DNA of 64,000 nucleotides from Botryllus schlosseri (taxonomy: Eukaryota), in NCBI GenBank assembly GCA_051294905.1, contig CM119372.1, positions 37,202,001-37,266,000 of the forward strand. The letters run 5' to 3'. This document shows, in pieces, positions 25,464-38,579 of this stretch; position 1 is the first letter of the stretch; the number at the start of each line of letters is the position of its first letter. A program made the position numbers and the translations under genes. The notes under the pieces are model-generated. The model did no database searches. It was given only the letters and a program-made list of their open reading frames with translations, and was not told where the DNA came from.

Positions 25464-27084
25464 AGGGGGTTGTAACCAAGTCACATGGTTCCGAGTCACG
25501 AGTCAATCTTACTTTTGTGGTTTTGACTCGAGTCAAGTCGAGTCATTTTCAATTCATCACCGAGTCGAGTCCGAGTCCAAGTCACCGTTTATAGGGTCAA
25601 GTCCGAGTCATAGTGTTATGACTCGAGTCCGAGTCCAAGTCACAGTGTTGAAGTCATGTTCAACTTAGGTTTTCAATCCTGCTTGGATGATATTGAATTC
25701 CTTGCTTGCCAAACATGCTTATTTTGTCCCTATCAGAGTCTTGGCAAATGTTTATTTAAGCAGATAACGGACAGTTCCTGGCCTCATTTACCGATGCTAC
25801 CGATAGACAAGACAGGCCGCCAATATGATAACTTTTCTAATCTTGGAACTTAAAATTAAACATCTGTCTTGTCAGTCTGATACATCACAAATACAAGCAT
25901 TCAGTTTTTATTACGAGCGCATCGACGACAGCTCACAAATAGCTGATAGAGAACCAACGAATTCACGTCTACATACTATCTGATAGAGAACCAACGAATT
26001 TACATCTAGATACCAGCTGATAGAGAATCAACAGATGCATGTTTATGTCTGGAGAGGTATTTTCACCAGGCCAGCATGCTGTAAAAGCGTGCATGCAGCT
26101 ATAACATAACTTTTAAATGAGTGATACCAAACCCATCGTAGCTAATGAAATGTACGGTTGTCAACTGACGAGTGCGCCTTACACCGAGTCATATTTATAT
26201 TGAACTGGTAGCCCATTTGAAGAATGTAATGGTCAAAATTGTCTTATGCAACACCTGATCTTAGGGCAAATCTTGGTTGCAGTCAAATCCGTGGAAAGTT
26301 GCATTTATTTTTCACTAAAGTTACACTAAAAAGGTACATTTATGGATAAGTTCCTTGAAATTATTAACGTGTAAAATACTCGAATCGATGCGTATCCAAG
26401 GCACTGTCGCAAAACTCAGTGTTAGCGCCTTCGACAAAATCAGTGGCCTGAAAAAATTGACCCAGTGGTAATATAATTTACGGCGGTCTAGCCTGAATGT
26501 TCGTCAAATCTGAAATGACCTCAAATTCAAACGACAGTGAAATGATGAAGCGATCTATTTACATATAATACCAAATATTTTCAGTAAAAAGTGAGTTGTA
26601 TGAAAAATCGAAAAGCTGCAAAAATTGCTTGAAAAAAATGAAGAAAAGTTGCAATATAAGATTCCCGCAAACAGCTTAAAACACCATACTACATAACTTT
26701 TGAGTATTTAGGAAGCTGCCAGACAAGAAATGAACAAATCATGACAACCCTGAGAATTGATTTCCATTCAGAAAAGGCCTAATTCCCAACTAATATGTTG
26801 AGTCATGAGCATGGCTCAGTAAACAACAATATATAGGCTATAATAGCCAACATGCTTTCATTGGCTTTTCAAATGAATATTTCCTTTGATATTTTGGATA
26901 TTCAGGCTCAGTGTGGACTCGCTTCATTAGAAATTAATATATCATATGAAAGCTGGCATCAAGAGCTAGCAAGTAGAATCTCACACAAACATCTACTGGA
27001 AAATTTTGATGCACTGAAATATACACTGCTGCCACTAGGAAGTATATATTCAGTAATAATTCATTCCATGTTATAATATGACCT

Positions 27085-27830
27085 CATTGACATAAATCGA
27101 AGTAAGCCTCATGTATTTTCACGGTTATTCGCAAAATGATAACGAAAATTCGCATAAATGTGGGAGGGAGGCCCTCATCAATTCAAAGTAAGCTCTTTCA
27201 GCGGGTGCAGAAATTTAATGATAGACTGTTTACGGTACCATATTCGACATCAGTACATATATTTTCACGGTTATTCGCAAAATGATAACGAAAATTCGCA
27301 TGAATGTAAGGGGGGCGTCATAAAATCAAAGTAAGCTCTTTTAGCGGATGCAGAAATTTAATGATCGACTACTGTTTACGGTACTATATTCTACAAATGT
27401 AGGCAGTAGGCCTACATGTATTTTCACGGCTAATCGCAAAATCATAACTAAAATTTGCATAAATGTAGGAGGCCCCCCCTATAAAATCAAAGTAATCTCA
27501 TTTAGCGGGTGCAGAAATTTAATGATTGACTACTGTTTACGGTATTATATTCTACATAGTTACATGTATTTTCGCAGTTATTTGCAAAATGATAACATTC
27601 GCGTAAATGTAAGAGGGGGGGCCTTTAACTAATGGCAAAATGGATAGAGATCGTAAAATCGAAGTGAGCTCTTGCACCAAGTGCAGAAATTTAATGATCG
27701 ACAACTGCTTACGGTACCATATTCTACATTGGTGCATAGATTTTTGTGGTTATACGAAAAATGATAACTAAAAAATGTGGATTGATGATTGACCCCTCTT
27801 TACGGTACAATACCAATATTCTTAATGGAT
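27085..27830. repeat. Tandem array of about 150-bp unit, about 5 copies
   Basis: Recurrent tattttcacggttattcgcaaaatgataac...gtgcagaaatttaatga...tgtttacggtac near 27111, 27258, 27416, 27564 and 27736. Confidence 0.85.
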
Positions 27831-27984
27831 ACAAGGATTCCGCGGTTATTCGGAAAATGGTAATACTTGAAAAAAAACGCGTAAACCGGAGAAATAGTTG
27901 AAAAAAGCGCGTAAACTGAGGAGGGGGGCCCTCGAGAGCGCGTAAATTAACCAGGGGGGCCCTAGGCGACCGCCTACCTCGCCT

Positions 27985-29961
27985 ACCCCAAAAGCCACCA
28001 CTGAGCCTACTCGTTCCCCAGCATGGATTACAATGTCATTTTGAGATAGGTTTATCAACATCACAGGCACCTCATTACATGTGGGATCGACCAACCCGGA
28101 CAACACACGCAAACCACGATTATCATACTGGCTCTCAAACACACGCGAAGATTCAACCACACCATATACTGTGAAATGGACGGCAACCAAGGCCCACTCA
28201 CTGCACCCATGACAGCTCTTTCACTCCACTTACGGACTATTATCTGTTTTTGAGTCATAACACCACAACAGGATACCGACAGCTGTTGCAATATAACATT
28301 TTGCCAATGCAAACTCATCATACCTTTACCCATGTACAGAACAGCATTATGCTTCTCCATATAATCACACCCTAGCAAGCCATACGGCGCACCCAAACCA
28401 GCAATCACAACCTCTTGTTGTGCACAAAAATCACCAATACGTAGGGTCAACACCACTGTGCCATATAGCTCCAAGGGGCCCACCAGAAGCAGTAGCAAAT
28501 GGGATATCACAAGGTTTCAAATCAGTTATATCATACAATCGAGTGTACAGATCATAGTCTAGGAAGGTACGGGGACTCTCTGAGTCTACCAAAAGTTTAG
28601 CCGATAGGCTGTCATTCACCGATGCAACGGTGTACCAGCTAGATGTGAGCCGAAGCGCACAAACAAAATTGATAAGTCTTTCCAAATCCTGGTCCATATC
28701 CATAAGAGCAGCGCCATCGGACCCACGGTCTGCTATGGCATGTTTAAAGAATTGCCCGATTGGTGGGGCTCATGTCCGCCGGTGACTGGCGGAACACCAT
28801 CTCTACTTCTATTGGGACACGAAACTAGAAGGTGACCCAACTGGCCACAGTTAGCACAACGGGAGTTTGGGCAGTTTTTGTGAATGTGTCCAGTCACTCC
28901 ACAGTTATGGCAAGGTCCATACCCAAACGTTACTCTTCTTCGGTAGGGGGGGGGGGGCTTCTAGGCCTACTAATCGGTAGTTGATTTCTGGCAGTCACTA
29001 GGTTGCTAACCAGGTCAATCAGCTTGTCAATTTTCGATTCTATCTCATTATCACGCTTGCCTACTGCAAGACGTTCAGCGCTATCTTTTGGTTGTAGGCC
29101 TACAGTAGCCACAACTGGTTTACTAGTTTCGAACAATTGACTGTTAGGCGGTCCATCAACAGAGAAATACAAATCCGCAGAAGCAACTAGTTCATCTAGG
29201 TTACTTGTTTTCATCAACGTAAGCTGTCGGAGAAGGTTAACATCACCAAGACCATTAATAAACTGCTGACACACAAACTCATCACGAGCTGCAGAATTCA
29301 TACGTGTAAAAGCCTTCAAGCTAAGCGTAGCCAGAACTGATGCGAATTCTGTTGGGGATTCTCCCAATTTCATCGTACGTTTGTTAAATTCAGTACGGCT
29401 CAAGGTTTCCATACCACATGGAATGTAGCGCTTCTGCAATTGGGCAATTACACGATCAATATCCCGACGGCAATCAGCCGACATTTGTGCAAGCACTTGC
29501 AAAGCGTTACCACGTAAGCTAGCATTAAGCCTAGCACAAGCAGTTTGTTTGTCCCATCCGTTGGCCAATGTCACCGCATCAAAATGGCATAAATAATCAC
29601 TAATGGGCATATTCACACCATCAAATGATTCCAGTTTAATAACACCAACAGCGGGTTTGGGCATGCTATTACTAGATGGAGTGGGGCGTACAGAATTGCT
29701 ACGAGTAACACGCACTTTATCATTTACATACTGTGGTTCTGGAGACATAACACCAGTTTTACTGTCAGTTATATCAACAAACTCGCCCATGTCACCATTA
29801 TCATTACTGTCAAACACACATGCACTCGCATTCGGTGCCGCAGACATACTCTCACCTCCGAAACTTTGTACAATGGTTAATACACGACTGAGGGTACTGT
29901 TTTGGGCTTCTACATGAACCGTTGTCATGGTCACTGGGTTGAAACAAAACATTGAGGTCAT
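27985..29961 (-). mobile_element. Truncated Ty3/Gypsy-like LTR retrotransposon: gag (two CCHC knuckles), protease and linker; RT/IN absent
   Basis: Gag ORF 29961-28930 (FDAVTLANGW..LRGNALQV..QFINGL). After a frameshift at the G12 run (28946-28957) it continues CHNCGVTGHIHKNC / CANCGQLGHLLVSC to a stop at 28733. Protease-like LLVDSESPRTFL and GLLGCDYM follow, then linker VPVMLINLSQNDIVIHAGERVG. Confidence 0.88.
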
Positions 29962-30052
29962 AAGTTAACATATTCAGAGTATCCGGATATCAATATGACC
30001 AACAGAGACAGACAGGCTTATACAAGAAATAATTCCTGCATAAAATAAAAAT

Positions 30053-31444
30053 ACAACGAACAACACATTCGTATTCGCTATTTATTCATTATAAGCTTTT
30101 GAACTGACCCTCGTCGGTAGTGGCCGTCAGTATAATACTGAGATTGCAATTCGAAATGTAAAGATGAAATAGGTAGTGTGACGTAAGAATGGTATAACAA
30201 CAACAACGAGAGAAATCACAAAACGAGAGCGTTAATCAAAAATGCAATTAGTGCAATACAAATAAGCTATATTATATTATTATATATTCTTTATTCACAG
30301 TAAAACTGGTAGATACACACATAATCCGGGGAGCAACCTGCCCCCAAAGGAAAATGGCGAGATTGGAGTAAATTTTTAAAATTTCAGTAATACATTCAAA
30401 TTGTTATTCCTATGCAATACACGGAGAAGTCAGATTACAGAATTGCAGCAGATGAAGAATTGGCAAGGGTTACAGTGCAGAGGTAGAGATGATTGAAGAT
30501 GAAGAATCGAAATTACAGAAATTATGCTGTGATTCACAAGTGTAATTTTAGTCCAGTGGTGCATTCAAGGCCTTCCGAAGAATGTGCACAGTGCCCAATA
30601 ATGTGATTTTCTGGATCATGTCGAATCGAACGTTACCCGGAATTTGTTGGATATGCCTCATGAGTTTTTTGCTCACGACCCCTGTAGCACCAATGACTAT
30701 CGGTACAATGTTTATTTTGCATCGCCACATTTTCTCACATTCCATTTTGAGGTCTGCGTATTTGGAGTATTTTTCTGATTCTTTTTGCAGTAGGTTGTGA
30801 TCAGCTGGGACAGCCAGTTCAATGAATAAGTATTCTCTTTTCTTTTTTAGTTTGACGATTATATCCGGGCGGTTGCTCCTGATTTCGCGGTCAGTTATAA
30901 CTGGTACATCCCACAAAATTTTTACTTGCTCGTTTTCTGTCACTGGTGCTGGGCTGTAATCATACCAATTTTTTGTCGAAGTGGTGATGTTAAAATGTTT
31001 GCATAATTCAAGATGAATGTAGTGACCAATCCTATTGTGTCTCCATGTGTATTCGGTAGCTGCAAGTGCACCACAGCCGGACATGAGATGTGCTACAGTT
31101 TCATTTTGGTTGTGGCACATTCTGCATTTGCCGTCCGTGTTTTGCTTCAGAATTCTTTTGCGATAGTATTTTGTAGGAAGCGATTGGTCTTGTGCTGCGA
31201 AAATGAATCCTTATTATATATTATTATTATATATTATTATTATATAGCCAGAGACGCAACACTAATGAAATACACGGAGAGAATAGAGTCGGTCCTTTTG
31301 CCGACAAAGAATCGGTTGCTCGAGTTTTATTATAGTCGATTCGAGAACCTTTAAATGGAACAGACTACGTCCACGAGCAAGAATTGAAAATCTGTTATCG
31401 TTATACAATTTTGTACACTCTGGATGCGTAAGAAGATGCTGACC
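30053..31444 (-). mobile_element. Penelope-like element 3' fragment (GIY-YIG C-terminus plus 3' UTR), interrupted by a Dong/R4 insertion
   Basis: SARGQHLLTHPECTKLYNDNRFSILARGRSLFHLKVLESTIIKLEQPILCRQKDRLYSLRVFH* (31444-31262). The 3' UTR resumes at 30270-30053, shown by colinearity with the uninterrupted copy at 32885-33172. Confidence 0.82.
30289..31212 (-). mobile_element. 5'-truncated R4/Dong-clade non-LTR retrotransposon (CCHC knuckle plus restriction-like endonuclease)
   Basis: GFIFAAQDQSLPT..CRMCHNQNETVAHLMSGC..RHN..ILWD..RPDII..IELAVP..K.SKY..IVPIVIGATG; AATAAA near the 3' end; TAA-type microsatellite on both sides. Confidence 0.9.
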
Positions 31445-31702
31445 TCTTGCAGAGTTACATGCAGAGGTGGTCAAAGTAGTCAAGAAAGCTACTCAAGTAG
31501 AAGTAGAAGTAGCGACGAAAAAATCTACTCAAGTACGAGTAGAAGTACTTCTTTCGTAAGCAGCCCAAAACTACTTGAAGTAGAAGTAGAATTGACTGAC
31601 TTTAAATCTACTCAAGTAAGTAAGTAGTTTTTAAAACGTTCGTAACTCGTTCGCATGGACTGTCATAAGCTGCAAATTGAGGTATGCGGAAGGTGTATAG
31701 AG

Positions 31703-32626
31703 CAGTGGTTCTCAACCATTTTGTCTTCGCGGACCCCTTTCGGACCGTCACGGACCCCGCGGACCCCCACGAAGTTTTAGTTCAAATTTAGATCAATTAT
31801 CGTGCAATCGTCGTCTGTCGTGTGCAAATGATAACTAATAGCCTAAGTGATAAACATCAACACAAAGTATTTTCTTGAACATAAGATCATAGGCTACTAT
31901 TCATGTAGAAATTGGGTTGACTTCTCTTATTTCAAAGCGAATTCTGCAACTGTAGTTCTTGAAATAAGTGATTGTGTCTTGACAATCCGCGCCTTCGATT
32001 TGACATGAACGAGTGCCGAAAATCTATTTCCACAAATATAGATGGTGGCGAATGTAATAATAACGCGGAACGCGTCCGACGACACATTTGGGTATGATCG
32101 CAACAAATATGGCACCAAAATGGACAGACAACTTTTTTTTTATCTTATCTTGAAATTATTATGGGAAAATCGTTATCTATTACAGTGTTAGAGGAGGAAG
32201 TGTTGGAAGTTTACCTAGGCTCCTCCTTGACCACTAATCCGCGTAAGCAACAAAAGCCTAGAAGTGGGCCGTGCTATAAGTCGGCTGTTACGGAATAAAT
32301 ATGAAGAATATCGGCCTGGTGTAAATGACCATAGTAGTCGACAAACACCATGAATACCTCAAAACAGACAAACAAACAGGAAGAAATGGATTGTTGTAAG
32401 CATTTCGAAGTCACCGTTATTGACCTAACTCATCTAACTTTTCTTTCCCACAATCCCCAACCAAAATCTCTAAACAGCAAAATGTTCGGCCATTCTGTTG
32501 ATTTGAGCTTTGAAGTTTTAGTAGTAATGAAGCGAAACTTCCTCGCGATTTTCCGAATTAAAAAAAAATACAAATTAGGTTACTAAATATTTTAAGGCTT
32601 CGCGGACCCCCGGTTGAGAACCGCTG
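31703..32626. mobile_element. Charlie/Buster-type hAT deletion derivative
   Basis: TIRs cagtggttctcaacc / ggttgagaaccgctg; perfect TSD gtatagag; - strand transposase C-terminal remnant FATIYICGNRFSALVHVKSKAR. Confidence 0.9.
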
Positions 32627-32884
32627 GTATAGAGCTTCATTCAGATTGATGTATCCCAGGAGGTGTCAATTTTTGACGGAATAAGCAGTCGTTCATATTA
32701 TGGGATGTAAATGATACTACTGATATTTAATGCGATACTAATTCTTTGTTTACTCGAACACCCCGTTTTAGAGAATGTGGCATGGCGCCCTTTCTCATAT
32801 TATAAGGCCCCTAATTCAGTCGAAGAGCAATACGGAGAAGTGGTGTCGGATACGGCTTCAACACTTTGCGCTATTAGTATACGT

Positions 32885-33172
32885 AAAGGACCGACACTAT
32901 TCTCTCCGTGTATTTTATTAGTGTTGCGTCTCTGGCTTTATACTATAGCTTATTTGTATTGCACTAACTGCATTTTTGTTTAACGCTCTCGTTTTGTGAA
33001 TTCTCTCGTTGTTGTTGTTGTTGATGTTATACCATTCTTAAGTCACCTACCTATTTCATCTTTACATTGCGAATTGCAATCTCCGTATCATATTGACGGC
33101 CACCATACCGACGAGGGTCAGTTGAAAAGCTTATACTGAATAAATTGCGAATATGAATATGTTGTTCGTTGC
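32885..33172 (+). mobile_element. Penelope-like element 3' end (pseudo-LTR), inverted relative to the 30053-31444 copy
   Basis: Starts with codons KDRHYSLRVFY* and matches the reverse complement of 31295-31246 plus 30270-30053. Confidence 0.82.
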
Positions 33173-33664
33173 AATATTCAAATCCTGTACCACAAGGAAC
33201 CTATTTAAAATAAAAATGAAATCATATTTTAAAATTATATCTCAAACATGGGAAAGGCAATCTGATATCACGGGCATTACTGCCGCTTTGGTTCATCGCA
33301 CACTATGTGTTTGTTTTTTAAGGTGTCGTGAACCTATGGCTCGCCGCTCGCGCCATAGCTCTATGATAGATTTTCAATTTGCTAACTTTATTCGCATCGA
33401 ATTGCGGTGTAAAATATCATGAACATTGGTGTTGGCTGAGTGAGAATAAGAAGTATCGCGCTGTCTGGAATTTTTTGGAAACGAAATTTTGCAGAAAGTT
33501 TATCCTATATTATTTTCAAGAAATTAAGTTAGTAACCAAACTAGTGTATACCATATCGTCCACCATGAGTATGGTGGTCACTGGTCATTTGATCACTAAC
33601 TAAGCACTAAGTAGTGTAACTACTAGAAAGTCAGTAACAGTTTTGAATTTGCGCAGGTAATCCA

Positions 33665-36221
33665 ATGGAAAAGCACCGAAAGAGAAATTTTCGGACAAGA
33701 CTGACCTGCAAAAGCTGCCTTCAATCCATATATTCGTCTTCCAAAGAAGATCATATAAATTCTGCTCAAGGGGGTGATTGTTCAATCGAATTCAGTGATG
33801 ATGATCATCTTAAACAAAGCAAGCTAACCTTTAAACCGATTGCTCGGCCAATTGGAGTTGAACATTCACAGCATTTGGTGCTGGTGCCAATTGACAGTGC
33901 AGATATAAACTCCTGCTCTCCTGAACCTGATATACTGTAGCAGCAAGTGTCTTGTCCTTCAGTGCCAGAGGCACCTTTGATAGCATCCAGTGATGATGCT
34001 TCGTCATCTGTTCCGAATTTTGAAACCCTTGTAATGTCAAATGTTGATCCGCCAACAAGCAATGATTTTGAAACATCTGCTGATGACGACATTAAGCCTC
34101 ATCAACCAATTTTACAACGCTACAATGCAAAGAAAAATACCGGTGAGAAAACAGCAAGAGATTTCAATCCAAAGCTTTTCGAAACTCATCCCTGGTTAAC
34201 ATTCAATGAAAATGACAAGATTATAGAATACTTTCCATGCATGAAATTCAAGTAATCGAAGGATGGATTCAAGTATACCCCATATAGAATGCCTAGTAGA
34301 TTGGCTACTCATGCAAATTGCAAGATTCATCTTACAGCGATGGAAAAATGGGTTAATCTGAAATTCCACCGCTATAAAAACACTTCAATCTTGACAAAAC
34401 TGCATGCAGGCCACCAAGGTGAGGTGATCAAGAACAGACGCTACTTGAAAGTGATAATACAATGTCTGCTTTACACCGTGCAGCAAAATATTGCTCAACG
34501 TAATTATACTGAAGACCGACTCAACATTGGTGAGAAATCAGATAACAACCGAGGTAAATTTCTGGAGCTACTCAATTTCTTGAGTGAATTCATCCCATAA
34601 CTAACGTTAAAACTGGAGACTTCGTTAGAATTGCATAAGCAGTGGACATCCCCAATTATCCAAAATGAAATCGTCGTTATAGCAGCTACTCAATCAAGTA
34701 CAGAAAGCAATCTGTACAGACATTTCTCAAGCTGGAATTTTCAGTCTCATAGTTGACGAGACAACTGACGTAAGCAATACTGAACAATTGTCGATTTGCG
34801 TACGTTATCTGACGCAAGGTCTAATTAAGGAAGGTTTCATTGGTTTTTATAACCCAAAAAACACTGAAGGCGAAACGTTGTATCTTCTTGTGAAAAAACT
34901 GTTGGAAGAGCTGGGATTGGATATAGCGAATTTGGTCGGACAGTGCTATGACGGGGCTTCAAACATGACTGGAAAATACAAAGGTATGGCAACCAGAATG
35001 CAACAAATTGTTCCACGGGGAATATATGTACATTGTCATGCTCATTGTTTGAACTCGGCCCTTCAGGACATTCTGGAAGCAAATGCCATATTGAGAAATA
35101 CCCTTGGTTTGATACAATCATTGTATAATTTTTTTCATACCCCAAAAAGGGAAACTTTTCTACAAGGTTTTCGTGATGAAGAAAAATTTGGCAGATTTGT
35201 CAAACTTAAAGGAATTTGTGTGACACGCTGGCTATGCCGTTATGCAGCTGTGAAGGCGATAGGCAGTCAAACCTGCAGAATAATATTTGCGCTAGAGGAT
35301 TGCTCACATGAAAAAGATTCAAAAACCAGTGCTGACACTGCATGTCTCCTTACGGCTGTCTGCGATTTCCAATTCCTTTTGGGACTAAAAATTTTGAATT
35401 GGATTTTTAAATTGACCGACGGCCTTTCCAGCCATCTTCAAGGATCAGAAGTCGATGCAGTAATATCACAACAACTGGCAACAGCAACCATTTCATGCCT
35501 GCGTGATGCGAGGACTGAAACGGAATTTCATGGAATCTGGAAAGACGCTTGTCAATCTGTTGAATATCTGAAATGTCAGGGTATTGACATCGAGGCGACT
35601 TTACACCGGAGACAGCCGTGCCCATCTAAAAGGTTACAAGCAGTATTTGGTGAAAATTGTGAGAGGGACGCAACTATGAGATTTTCTGATTGGGAAAAGA
35701 TATGCTATGAAGTGTACTTTGACTCGATTGGTAGAATCTCCGCAGAGCTATCTCAACGGTTCGCCAACAACATGTCGAAAGTTCTTCTGTCGCTTGCGAA
35801 AATGATACAAGGAAAAGGAGCTAAAGATGACTTCAAAGAAATATCAGCCTTTTATTCCATAGATCAGGAATCGTTGAAATCTGAGTGTATGCTGTTCCAA
35901 AAGCTCAATCCGCAAGGAATGATCAAAAGTGCTGGAGAATGTACGAAATTTCTTGTTTCTAGTGGTATTGGAAAAACCCTTCCCAATTTCTCAAGGGCCG
36001 CACAGATATTCGCTACCATTCCTGCGACATCTCGCACTGCTGAAAGGTCCTTTTCGGGTTTGAGAAGACTAAAGGCATATCCCAGATCAACTATGGGGCA
36101 GCCAGAACTCACCAACATGGCGGTATTATACCTTGTAAGAGCAATGACAAATAATGTTAATATTGAGCATATCATAGATGTATTTGGTATGCGTTGTGGT
36201 AGAAACAAATACTTTTTTTGA
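33665..36221 (+). pseudogene. ZMYM1-like hAT transposase (DUF4371-type region plus hATC dimerisation domain), inactivated
   Basis: Motifs NRGKFLELL, WTSPIIQNEI, DETTDVSNTEQLSICVRY, GQCYDGASNM, VHCHAHCLN, TRW, TIPATSRTAERSFSGLRRLK; in-frame stops ending at 33940, 34255 and 34600 and a frameshift near 34690. Confidence 0.92.
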
Positions 36222-36433
36222 ATTGGTAATACTACCCATAAATCAATGGGTCCACTTTCAAGTCGAAATACAAGCAATTTCTACTGAATAAATACTAGTC
36301 CGTCCCGGACCACGGCATGGCCCATCGATCTGGCCTTCCATGTCATGCCACCCCATTTTTTGTCGCTTGTTTTTTCTATACTACGTTTTACTTTTCATTC
36401 AGTGTGCATGCCTCCTCTTTACATCGCCTAGGA

Positions 36434-36727
36434 CAGTTGTTCGCAAACTGGGAGCGTGAAAGCATCTGAAGGGGCCGCGGTCAACTGGAATCTTTTCCGT
36501 GCTATGAGCGATTCACCTCCAATTTTTTGTTTTTCCTCTTTATATAGTCCGAATTTCATATTTGGGAATTCTCTCATTAACAGTAATAACCTTCCATGTC
36601 ATCAAACTATCCGTTGAGACTGCTAGCATTCTGGCTGCTTTTTGTGTTATGACGGTAGGGGGAGGGGGGACGAAATCTTCCAGTATCATAAAGCGGGGCG
36701 CGTGTAAAATAAAATTGAGAACCACTG
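36434..36727. mobile_element. Small degenerate hAT-type MITE
   Basis: Ends cagttgttcgcaaact / aattgagaaccactg; imperfect TSD gcctagga / acctaggc. Confidence 0.6.
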
Positions 36728-37267
36728 ACCTAGGCCAAGATGGGTATCTGATTCCAAAGACTACTCCATCGTATCGCAATTTTTGTGGTGTATTGAACTG
36801 ATAAAAACTGCTAATAAACCTAACAGAACAGCCTAAATTAATTTTGGACTTGGTTTCAGTGTTGACAAATTTTCTTTCAGTGTATTTCAGTAAATCCTGA
36901 ATATATGAAAAGTTTTTTTAAGTGCGACATCGGCACGTAGAAGTGCATTATAACTCCTTCTGTGATTCATTGTCTATTCGGGCGAATTTTTTTTTTCGCA
37001 TACTCAAAACTTTTTCCTCCCATGCACCTATGTTATACCAGCGTGTACTCAAAGGAGGTTTGGATGAACGACCAGCAAGTCACGTGACAGTCACGCCCGA
37101 ATTACTTTTAGGACTTTGTTATTGACTGTCTGCAGCACTAATTAAAGACAAAGTCGCTATTGATCTGTGTTGATTTTGACTGTGACTGTAACGATTTTGT
37201 ATGGTATAGTTTGATGTTTTCGTCTAACACTGTACCACTACCACTGTACTGTAGTAAGTTTCAAGAC

Positions 37268-38579
37268 CAGGGGTGGGCAATTATTTTCCTCCGCGGGCCA
37301 AATGAGAAAAATAAATACGTTGGCGGGCCTAGTGAAGATTTTTAGCTATATTCACAAGCGTATTGTAATTTTATTTGCAAATTACATCTTTACTAAATGC
37401 TGCTCAGTGAATGTGCTGATATGAGGTATTGAGAAAGTAGCGGTTAATTAGATAAATATGTATTTGATGTCATGATTCGAAACAATATTAAACATGATAC
37501 AGTTTAGCTTTCTTCAAACACCTACCCATGTCATTCACGTTTTCAAACTTTTTTAGACACGCCTCCCTTTACGATAGTGAACAATCTCGCGCCCCATCAT
37601 CATGATATCACAAAATTTTAAAAAGTGCAACCAGAATGCTAGCAATCCCAAGGGATAGTTTGACGGCACGGACGACTATGGCTGTTGATCAGAGAATTGT
37701 GAAATATCAAAGTCGGACAACACACAAAGTAACAACTATAAGGTGGGGGCATATCGCGCCGAGCGCGAAAATTTTTGTCAATAAACTTCGACTTCGCGCA
37801 ACCCTTTTGATGCTTTCACGTCACCCAGTTCGACAGCCATTGCACTGAAATGTATATGCAGTAGTACAAAGCTAATTTTCTTGGTTGCCCCCTTCCGAGC
37901 AGTGTAAAGCTTAAATATACCCTTTATGCTGAGCGAAGATTGCAGTTTTTCTGAACTTCGCCTTCCCTTGACCGAGTGTTCCTCCCTTAACCTAGTGTTC
38001 CTCCCTTGACCGAGTGTTTCGTGTTTTAGTCATAAGACCGACTTTAATTAAAATCCTTAATCTCTGCGACATTCTCGGCAAAATCTGAAGGGACGGGTTT
38101 ACCCCTGACTTCAGTATACGAATATTTAGTGCTCTAAACTCTAAACCTAAATCTTCTTTGAATTTCAGTTTTCGGCATGGCGTCCTTTATAGGTAATATA
38201 GATATGATAAGTCTTATAGTACTCGCAAGCACTGATAGACTTGTTTTACGAATGAGTGATTTGGTAACATATCACATAACCAATTGAAACACACACCGTA
38301 TAATGCATAATGTGACAATGGCAACAAGGAAGGTTTGAACTAAACTATATGGAAAGAGTGGTTATTTGTGATTTCTATCACTTCTCATACTTTGCCACAT
38401 TACCTTTATTTTAAATCTGGTACGTAGACAGCGTAATCGTGGCATATTAATGAACAGGCTTCAAAGTAAACGACTTTCCTATTCATTTGATACAGCCTAT
38501 GGTTTTAGTCATTCAAAAAGCAAGTTTTATGTTTTGAATTCCAAGCAACCTTTCACGGGCCAGACGTTGCCCAGGTCTG
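37268..38579. mobile_element. hAT-type MITE
   Basis: Ends caggggtgggcaa / ttgcccaggtctg; perfect TSD ttcaagac. Confidence 0.88.

Noticed and set aside
32776..33194. Apparent solo Gypsy LTR (TGTGG...CCACA) matching 30053-30270 upstream of gag
   Set aside because: The shared sequence starts with the Penelope ORF's last codons (KDRHYSLRVFY*) and is colinear with the PLE at 31295-31246. It is a Penelope 3' end, and no PBS follows the copy near gag.
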